Both the position numbers and the translations under genes were made by a program. A DNA stretch of 63,537 nt, the filler included, from Choristocarpus tenellus KU-1152 (lineage: Eukaryota; Protista; Phaeophyceae), in NCBI GenBank assembly GCA_964200185.2. It is 13 parts of 13 records of this genome, joined end to end, with 100 filler letters (N's around TTAATTAATTAA, not from the genome) between each part and the next. Parts side by side here need not be neighbours in the genome. Positions count along the whole stretch, not along the records: positions 52,952 to 55,679 come from CAXNAD020025257.1; positions 55,780 to 60,535 come from CAXNAD020013180.1; positions 60,636 to 63,537 come from CAXNAD020023786.1; 10 more parts are not named here. The stretch is one strand, 5' to 3'. The notes below the pieces were generated by a model, which worked only from the letters and a program-made list of their open reading frames with translations, was not told where the DNA came from and made no database searches. Shown piece by piece: positions 54,676-63,537 of the stretch (positions within the stretch are counted from its first letter, which is position 1; every line of letters starts with the position of its first letter).

Positions 54676-55827
54676 GTGACTCATCAGACAGACCAAATAA
54701 AAAATAAAAAAATGAATCGCAAAGTGAAAGCGGCGTGGACGGACCATTGAATCAAATATTTTCCCTCATACCTTATCATACCTCATCTGGTGGGAGCGCC
54801 TCGCACCTGGGGCAGTTCCTTCGGCTTCCTTGATTTACGACTGCCGACTTGGGGGGGGTGGGGGGGGCGGGGGACCTTAGGGACCTTTTTTTTTTCCTAT
54901 GGGAAAATTCTGTAGCGCTTGACGTTGGGTCCCGGCGCCCTGGGCTATTCTTTCAACCTAATTGGAGTCTGAAAGCTATATATATCTATATCTATATCTA
55001 TCTCTCTCTATATATATCGCTATGAGATCCTCGACGCAGTACCCAAAGCCTAGCCGTGTGGCCCCTCTTGGGTTCCTCTGGTTCTTGGCAGAAGGCATCC
55101 TTACAAACGTCTGAAGCAGATATCCACCCCCATTTATTTATTTATTTTGTGTGTGTGTGTGTGTGTGTGTAGTGGGGTTTGGATATATAGGAAGTGCGAT
55201 CAAATGCCGGAGGTTGGGCGGTAACGCTTTTTCAAAACGCCTTCCGGAAAGTAAGAAAAATAAGAATAAAAAAAGACCCTCTTTTGTTCGTTCGTTGTTC
55301 TTTTTCTCTGTCTAGGGGTTGTTGTAGGATTTTCTTTTTCTTTATTTTCCCTGTTCTTTGAAATTTTACGGGCGTGTGTGTTTGTGCGGGGAAGGAAAAT
55401 CGGCAGTTGGAACAGGATTGGTAAAAAATGTTTTTATTTTTATTTTTTGTTTTTGTTTTTGCCCCCTGTTCGTGGAGTACGTTGTTGGACGCTCTGATTG
55501 ATTTGATTTGAGTTGAATATAGTTGAATTCGACCGAAATGTAACAATGTAGCAACAAGTGCTTTTTTTTATCTTTTTTGTTCCGAGGTGAAGGTTTTGAT
55601 GCTGATGGTGGCGGTAACACCTATTTAGAGGTAACACCTATTTTGAGGTAACACATGGGTCAAAGTATCTGGGGGGGGGNNNNNNNNNNNNNNNNNNNNN
55701 NNNNNNNNNNNNNNNNNNNNNNNTTAATTAATTAANNNNNNNNNNNNNNNNNNNNNNNNNNNNNNNNNNNNNNNNNNNNGAGTGGGGGATGTGGGTGTGT
55801 TTCCTCGGACGTCCCCCATGCGCAGCG

Positions 55828-55828
<1 letters not shown>

Positions 55829-55870
<42 letters not shown>

Positions 55871-56024
55871 TCTACAAAAGAGTGTCCATTTGGTCCAAAA
55901 CCAGGAAAAGTGCACTTTCATTATATCCATCCAACGCATGGAAGCAAATCACCCAAAAATCGCGACATGAAAAAATTGGCCCGAAATGGACAGTCACCAC
56001 CCCCCCACATAGATACTTTGAACC
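55829..56024. mobile_element. MITE family B copy with an expanded G-run
   Basis: About 40 G, then the family B body ending agatactttgaacc. Confidence 0.8.
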
Positions 56025-56471
56025 CCTGCTTCTCCATATCGAGTCGTCGGTACGTCCACAACTTCATTGGAAACTCTACCAGTCTCTACCTCCTATTCCT
56101 TCCCAACAGCTAGCTGAGAGCGCCAGTTGACACAATGGACCTTGCAGGCGCGAAAACTACTAGCACACAACACATAGGAAATTTCTGGGTCGTCCTGATC
56201 AATTTGCACTCGACAAATGGCAACAGGTAGGCCACTCCTCTGCCTGCAGGAGTTGAGAACCAGTTTCTCCCCTTCTCCGCACGGGCATCCCCCCTCTTAT
56301 ACAACCTGTTAGTTTGGCAGAGGTACACAACCTTCATGTCCTGACGATGCAAGCCCTCTCGAGCAGCAACCTTTACTCTGTGTATATTGGGCATGTGTGA
56401 TGGATTACCACCCACAGGGCACCGTGTACAGGGCTGTGTTAGCCCCATAAGACTCTTTGTAGAAGCACTGA

Positions 56472-56729
56472 GAGTGAAAGCATCTTAGAGGGTACGAGTT
56501 TTGCCCTGTTTGTCAATTTGGGGCTTGGCTTCCCATGTTTTTTTTATTACTTTTTCCTACTCCGAAATGTTTCAGAGTAGGTAAAATGTGTACGTCATGA
56601 AAGGGTGTGTCCAGAACAAGGCTATTGACACTTCCTAACAGACACGATGGCCAAAATTACGTCAAAATCGCAACATTAGATTTTGGCCCCCAAATGGACG
56701 AGGCTTTACCCTCTAAGATACTTTGGCCC
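56472..56729. mobile_element. MITE family A copy, TSD TGA
   Basis: tga|gagtgaaagcatcttagagggta ... taccctctaagatactttggccc|tga. Confidence 0.93.
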
Positions 56730-58053
56730 TGATTTTGGCTCAGAGTTGTCTGGCATACCTCTCTTCGCCAGCGTTGTGTTCATAGCCCTCTTCTTTATGG
56801 TTCTGAACAAGGGAAGCTTCCCTATGCGCCATGCCTGCACCCATTTTGCGTCATGCAAGGGAAGAGGGGAGAAGTATCTTTCCACGCAAGCACAGGGCAC
56901 ACACACACTGTGAAGCGATCAGGGAACAGAGGTGATAGTGAGGGCTGACAGGCTAATGGCAGTGGGTACTTTCCCCAACCACGAATCATTAACGTGAACA
57001 GATTATCAATGTGCCGAATGTCGAACTTCTGGAGTATAGTTTCCCCCCTACTGCATTCAACCTGTACCCCTACATTCCAAAACAAACCGCCAAAGATCGA
57101 CAATCAATGACCCTACATCAACAACCCAGATATGAGGATAAAGATCACTCAAAAACTTCAGCTATGCAGTATGCCTTCACTCAATCGAATAATCTAGCCA
57201 CAACTCAACCTGGTTGCCAAACATCCACAACACTGTACTCCCACTAAATTCCATTGCCACAACTAAAATACTGGATGAGGGTACGCTGTAAGCATGTTGA
57301 ATAGCTTAGCACAGGAAAGGCTCATCGCCAGAAGCTGCTAGTGGATTTCATGGTGAACATAAACTGGTCATTATTATCCCCTGAGCCTTTGTCTAGGTCA
57401 TCAATTTTCTCTGACATATGAATAAATACTAACTCGTCATACCGCCATGTATGTTACAGGCAAATAGCACGAGCATTTCTTCTTGTTTTCTAACGAAGTG
57501 CGAGCATTTGTTACACGCGAATAGTGCGAGCATTTTCTCCTCATGTAGCAGCACGCGCGACGTCAATGTAACACTAGTTGTTTGACATCCACCTTCGACC
57601 TGGTCCACCCTACTCAATTGATCGGGTGTGTGTTGGTGTCGGATTTTGTGTGATCCCTTTAGACATGATGTGCCCACTTTCGTGTGGATCAACCATAATC
57701 TCTCATTTGGTTTCTAATTTCAAGTGTAGGAAGGAGGAAGGAGGATGGGGGGCGTCAGAGAAAATCCAACGAAAATATCAGGTCAGGTTAAAAAACAACT
57801 GCGGGATGACAAAGGCAAGGGGACAAGGAACAAGGGGGGGGATGTCTGACGATAGGTACTACCCCAAGTAGTATGTTGGTCTCAATAGTCGGCTTGAGCC
57901 ACAAATCTAGCCTTTTCCCACCATGGTTCAGGCTTTGCTTGACAGAAGATCTGAACTCGATCGGGTTCGCATCTCAGCATTTCAAGGATGAATGGTAGGT
58001 GGTTTGGGCGTACAGGATACTAAAAAGTAATGTTAGTGGATGCTAAAAAAGAA

Positions 58054-58125
58054 GGCGCGTAGAGGGGTTCGAACCCTCGACCACCACAACCCAAATGTGG
58101 TATGCTGCCACTGCACCATACGCGC
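58054..58125 (-). tRNA. tRNA-Pro(TGG)
   Basis: GCGCGTA/TACGCGC acceptor stem, anticodon arm CCACA-TTTGGGT-TGTGG, T-loop GTTCGAA, C discriminator, downstream oligo-T terminator. Confidence 0.92.
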
Positions 58126-58180
58126 TACAACATACACCTAGTATACAAATTTTGGTTTCCAAATGTAATTATACTATCGT

Positions 58181-60110
58181 ATTATATTTCCCTCTCACAT
58201 TTTGTAGATGTGTCAGGAGAAAAATCAAAGAAAAATATTCAAATGTGAGAATAACCCTTAAACAAGTAGTTGTGGTAAAGGTGAAAGACATTAATCTATT
58301 TACTATTTTACTATCAACTATGCTACACCCCTACCTTCCTGTGCCTCCACCCTAGCCTAGTCCTGCACCCCAGGGTGAGGAACTAGGGAAGCATCCCAAG
58401 ATTCTAACAGGCCTCTCCTTGCCCATCTCCCTATTGTCTCTAGCTTAAAACGCATGGCACGTCTAGTTAGGGCTACCATGTGTTGTGACAGACACTATCT
58501 GTCGTAGACGGGATTTGGCAGCCCCTTTACTCCTGTAGTCTCCTGTCCCTCTCCCCCCTATTACATGCGTAGCTAACTCATCCAGAAAACTTTCCGCTTG
58601 CTTACCGAGGTGCCCAAAACTTTCCACCTCAAAGGTGTTGAGGTTGTAACTACGAAGGTGAAAAGAGCCCTCGTAGTGGGTGTGCTTTCGCGACTCAACT
58701 GCAGCAGCTACACCATTGCTGGTGGATGAATGTGGAAGGTGAGATGCTGCCTGCACTTTTTCAAAGGTAACATCTAGAAGGAGGCCTTTGTCCCAGTAGG
58801 GAGCTGATCCGGTGTTCGCAAGTGCCCCAGGATGGAAAACTAAATCTATGCGGAAATTCCGGTCTACTGTGAATGGGCTACCGTCCTCCGTAGTACAAGG
58901 GATGCCCATTTCCTTTGCAGAGTTGACCCAGACGCTTCACCATCGGTGTGTTTTGTCGAACCTGTCCTCCTGTCCTAGGATAAGCGCAAAGTATCTAGGG
59001 GGGGGGGGGTGGCGGTTGTCCATTTGGGGCCCATTTTTCCATTTCGCGATGTTTGGTGAATTTAGTTGCATACACGTCGGATGGATAATGTAAGTGCACC
59101 TCTCCTGGTCAGGGCCCAAATGAACACCCTGGTGTAGACCCCCCCCGCACACAGAGATATTTTGAGCCACAGATACGGGTGTGTCTCGTGTCTGCATTTT
59201 TCCTCCTGCACCCAGCCACTGGGCACCTGTTCAATAGGGTCTCCTCCCTCCCTAGTGATCTGCTGTCAGATAGTCTAAACTCTATGGGAGGGATCTGACT
59301 TGCTGGTTTCCAGAGGTTTTGTTAAGGTCCATGTGTTTGCCCCTTGTCCACATTGCCTCCAGTGGTGTGCCAGGGCTAGTGAGCAACTTTCCTTCCCTTG
59401 TTCCACTTCATCAGCAGGTAAGGCGGTCAATATTGCGTCCGTAAAGAGTCAAAGCGAGTCCTGTCCAGGAGGCGGGTGATCTAGTGTTGTGCCCTCCTAG
59501 TGATCCTGGCATCATAAGCTACCAGATCGTGGGCCTCTGGGACAGGTGCGGGGATTGTTGCTCCTCCCCAGGCTACCCAGCCTTTGCAAATTATTTCCAC
59601 CAAGTCTTCTAAAGGGACTCCTGTAGAAAGGGGTATGTGGATGGATGATCCCAGGGCCCTTACTATGGGGCTCATATAGATGGATTGTGTGATAAATACT
59701 CTCCATGAGGCCCTTGTTGCCTTGCTAAAAGGGTGGGGAGAGTAGCCACTGGGGATCCTACAAAGACTGTGTATTGGCGAGACTTCATTGAGGGTAGGTC
59801 CAACCCCCCCGAACTTGTGGGCATTTGTGGCTGTACTTGTTGGCATGTCTCCAGGATCCATTGTCACACACCCCTTCAAAGAAGTCAGTGACTCCCGCCG
59901 AGTCTGCTACCTTCATTATCTTCTCCAGCGTCCACAGTAAGGTGTTGTCTGCTTGCTCCATGGTGGAGCGTGCTAGGTGGAGGGAAGTAACCCTTGCCAA
60001 ATAGCCTAAACGGGAGGAGAGGAACCAGGAGTTAAGGAGCCAGGCAACTTGTTTGTCTTCCATCTCACTGAGGTGCATGGCCAATGTTCATAACCCGGAG
60101 CTCTCGATCA
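58181..60110 (-). mobile_element. 5'-truncated, decayed CRE-like non-LTR retrotransposon (RT C-terminus, CCHC knuckle, restriction-like endonuclease, 3' UTR)
   Basis: QVAWLL...SSRLGYLARV and KFGGVG (post-RT region); CPVAGC-x8-H-x3-CPRTG; RIDLV...LLDVT...RKHTHY...FEVESFG (RLE fold). Confidence 0.8.
58983..59168. mobile_element. MITE family B, complete copy (186 bp), 3-bp TSD ATA/ACA
   Basis: agcgcaaagtatcta(g)n ... agatattttgagcc; removing it plus 3 bp restores the host HTRIC-PRTGG frame. Confidence 0.88.
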
Positions 60111-60115
60111 CATCA

Positions 60116-60373
60116 GAGTGAAAGTATCTTAGAGGGTACGAATTTTGCCCTGTTTGTCCATTTGGGGCTTGACTTTCCACGGGTTTTTGACGACGTTTTA
60201 CCTGTTCCAAAATGTTTCGGGGTAGGTAAAATGTTTATGTTGTGGAAGGAAGTGTCCAGAACAAGGATATTGACTTCTCCTAATGAACATTATAGTCAAA
60301 ATTACATGAAAGTGTAGCATTAGATTTTGGCCCTCGAATGGACGCGGCTGTACCCTCTAAGATACTTTGACTC
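60116..60373. mobile_element. MITE family A copy, TSD ATCA
   Basis: atca|gagtgaaagtatcttagagggta ... taccctctaagatactttgactc|atca. Confidence 0.93.
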
Positions 60374-61757
60374 ATCAATCATGTGGGGTTAATCCATCTA
60401 TTATGCTCTTACCACTTTATGTACGTATCACTATCAAATATCAACACTAACTATACATACAACACATAGTAGTGGTATTGTATAGTTCTGTTACAGGCGC
60501 CCCTCAATGCTCACCTTCCAGGATGTACAACTCAANNNNNNNNNNNNNNNNNNNNNNNNNNNNNNNNNNNNNNNNNNNNTTAATTAATTAANNNNNNNNN
60601 NNNNNNNNNNNNNNNNNNNNNNNNNNNNNNNNNNNCTTTGGGAACCTACTATCGTTCCGGCGTATGGGACTATGATCACTTCTCGCCTTTGAGGATTCCT
60701 GAACACCAACTACCAGTCACAACCTCCATCCTGGTATCTTGTGTCCTGTACCGTTAGAGGTTAATTCCCTACCTTGTAATACGTCCTCTACTACCTTGTA
60801 TACATGCATCCCTTCCCAGTGCACTTGCACCGCTGTGATTCCTACACACAACCTACCCTCCCCCCCTACCCATTTTATTTTGTTTTTGCTTGTACTCCCT
60901 GTTGGATCTCAAGTCTTAGAATATCTCCTTGCGAATTCTATCCCAATCCGAGAGGTCAGGACTTCATTGCGTCCCCAATGCTACCTCTAATTACCCCAAT
61001 TCTAGATTGTTCTTCCTGTACCTCCTACAGATCTTCTGACCTATCCTCTGCCGAAGCCAGAATGGATTGCATGAATAGCTTGCAGTATCGGCCTTGGCAC
61101 TGCATTTTTGTGGAAGCATTTGGGGGATAGTCTGAGGGGTTCTATCCTCTGGGTGGGGTCAGTTAGGGTTAGGGTAAGGTTCATATGTACTTGGCATACG
61201 TGTGCCCTAAGCCCCACAGTTCGACTCCAAGTAGCCAAGTATCAATCGGCTGCTCATAATGTCGATGCACGGTGTACACCAGCACTATGAGTGTTCTGTT
61301 AGTGTCTAGTCACGATGTGTTTATACAAAAAAAAGGATCGAAACATACGGAATAGTAGTGCTTCTTCATTATAGTTTCAAGGCGATGGCGACTAGGGAGT
61401 TCCAAATTCAGGCTGTAATTATCTGTCTGGAATCAGTGAGAATACACAATGTACATGACAACACTATGGCCAACTTTGAACAGTCCAAAAGTAACTGACC
61501 AATTGTCGCCAAATGCTTCAAAGACTGTGTCGTACAGTATTCATGTACCTTCCTTACCAATCGTCAAACAGTGATGGCAACCCCTGACTCATCCCGAAAG
61601 CATTGTGGAAGTTGGTGCTATTGCGGCAGTACATTATTCACACTTACAGTAATTGGGTACCCAAGTAGGACAGCGTTCTCTTACAAAGGTTGGGGAGTGA
61701 TGATTGTGATGGAGGCGTCATGAACTACTACTGCCCACTTTGCATGACTACAAACAT

Positions 61758-62016
61758 CAGTCAAAGTATCTTAGAGGGTAGGGCCGTGTCCTCTTGGGGT
61801 CCAATATTCAATGTTTATATTTTGATGTAATTTTGGCTATCGTGTTTGTTAGGAAGTGTCAATATCCTTGTTCCGGACACACCTTTCGTAATCGTAAACA
61901 TTTTAGGTAACTGTGATCACACAGAAAACCGAAAAATAGCATAAACAAATCACGGGAAGCCAAGCCCCGAACGGACAAACAGGGCAAAACTCCTACCCTC
62001 TTAAATACTTTGGGTC
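61758..62016. mobile_element. MITE family A copy, TSD ACAT
   Basis: acat|cagtcaaagtatcttagagggta ... taccctcttaaatactttgggtc|acat. Confidence 0.9.
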
Positions 62017-62029
62017 ACATGTGTACATA

Positions 62030-62945
62030 TTTCTATACATCAACCCTATTTTCCTGCTGAATCCCCCAGTTATGACTTTCACAAATTATCCAGCTAGATA
62101 CACCACCCTACGATGTGCCCTACTTTGTCAAGTCCATCACGGATGCCAATGGCTGGAAATGTTTTGTGACAAAAACAAAATCTATGACCGATCACGTCAA
62201 CATCAGATCCTAAATTATGACTTTCAAGGTTACCAGACCACCTACCACCCTGCAAAACGACGAAATCTGCCAATTTCATCATGGATGCCATCGGATATCC
62301 AAGTTTGTGATAGAGTGCCATAAAGTATGACACATTGTTTGAGCAGGACTCTGAACAAATGTATCCATGCCTGGTTACCAATCCTATTATTACCCTCGGT
62401 CCTCCAACTGTGACTTTTACAAAATACCACACAGCAAGTATCACCTTGTGATGAGCCCTCAACCTTTTAATTTTCATGACAATTGCCTAAAGAATAGCAA
62501 CATTGGCAACAAGAACAGCACAATCTACAACTGATCAATGTAGACCCGATGTCCAGATAATTATTGCTTTCACAAGTTATCAAACCGGCCTTCACCCTAC
62601 AATTTAAGCTAATCGGTCCATTTAATCCATCTGCCCAAGAATATCCAAGTTTACGACGGGAACGGTATATAATACGACTGACTGGTCACTCGATCAGGAC
62701 TCCACACGAGTATATCTATCTCTAGTTACTATCCTATTGCATCCTTAGGTCCTCAATTATGATTTTCATTGAGTTTCACATCAAGTACCACCGTACGATG
62801 AACCCTAATATTTTGATTTCAGCACGGATACCCAGGAATAACAATGTCGGTGACAGGAACGCCACAATCCACAACTGATCACGTAGACCTCATGCCCCCT
62901 CGATTATGAATTTCGCAGGGTATCCAACCAGGTACCACCCCTACT
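62030..62945 (+). repeat. Diverged tandem repeat, period ~345 bp, ~2.7 copies
   Basis: aatctatgaccgatcacgt (~62180), aatctacaactgatcaatgt (~62522) and aatccacaactgatcacgt (~62866), each with matching flanks. Confidence 0.75.
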
Positions 62946-63537
62946 ATGGGCACTAGTCTGTCCGTTCTGTAGTGCAAGTCAAGGAACATCAACATTTGCG
63001 ACCAGAAGAGGATAGGCTGCGACTGCCAGCTTATTCCTGACTACAAACCGATATAGCTTATTTACGTAGCTTAGGCGGTTGTCCAGTCACACTCTATCCC
63101 GGGAGTGCTCGGGTTGGAAACCCTGGTTGCAGAGGCCAGGTTTTCTTCACAGGAACCTTGACCTCGATGGAGGAGGTGGTAAGTGCATTGAGAAAAAGGT
63201 ACACATGTACCTTACTATTTTGCACAAATAATCCCAAAAAAGGACACACGGAAAGATCTGGGTAGTGGTGGGGAAGATTCATTGTAGATGATGGAAGTAC
63301 ACACCAGATTTGAGAGATGTTCGGGGGATGGGACGGCTGAACCTAATGCACGAGAAAAAATCAAGACTCGCACGGGGAAGTGGAAGTACTTGCAGTGCAG
63401 CAGGTACTTTGTAGGATTGAGAAGAAATAGAGCGGTGTCACTGCCATCTGACCACAGGTCAAAGGATTAGAACAGCCGATTTCAAAAATTGAGGATGGAG
63501 CTTTTTATTGAGGATGGGCTTGACCCAAAATTGACTG

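Noticed and set aside
58054-58320. tRNA-targeted insertion of the CRE-like element (3' end ~55 bp upstream of tRNA-Pro)
   Set aside because: The other two copies have no tRNA at their 3' junctions; one case is not evidence of targeting.
11832-60635. Regularly recurring TTAATTAATTAA palindrome as a biological repeat or array
   Set aside because: It is always centred in exactly 100 bp of N padding: an artificial contig linker.
60636-61740. Possible decayed copia-type pol fragment
   Set aside because: Only a vague resemblance (DAMKS...); no intact RT, RNase H or integrase motif could be read.
140-62016. Recurrent short ORFs (MSQSILEG..., ...GSVNILVPDTPFH...) as a small-protein family
   Set aside because: They are chance translations of MITE A; frames and stops differ between copies.

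Overview
This window is not one continuous locus. It is 13 short eukaryotic contigs (about 2.7-11.8 kb) joined by an artificial 100-bp linker (44 N + TTAATTAATTAA + 44 N), so adjacency across linkers means nothing. Intron-rich genes and a stramenopile-type Myb-like protein point to a stramenopile alga, plausibly a brown alga or close relative (inference). Recognisable genes: a complete 3-exon Myb-like protein, the 5' exons of a type II H+-pyrophosphatase, filamin-repeat exons, an alpha/beta-hydrolase exon, a very large low-complexity multi-exon gene, tRNA-Met(CAT) and tRNA-Pro(TGG). Much of the rest is transposon-derived: 12 copies of a ~260-bp MITE, 9 copies or fragments of a ~190-bp poly-G MITE with the same termini, a full-length decayed plant-type mariner, three CRE-like non-LTR retrotransposon copies, a TGTTACAG...CTGTAACA solo-LTR-like family, and pogo and other DDE remnants. 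I found no convincing new multi-gene system. The best leads are the twin MITE families with mixed 3/4-bp target duplications, scattered telomeric micro-insertions (one inside a MITE terminus), CpG decay with CpG-rich patches near gene starts, a candidate tRNA-derived SINE, and a decayed ~345-bp tandem repeat that looks protein-coding. All calls were made by eye, without database searches.
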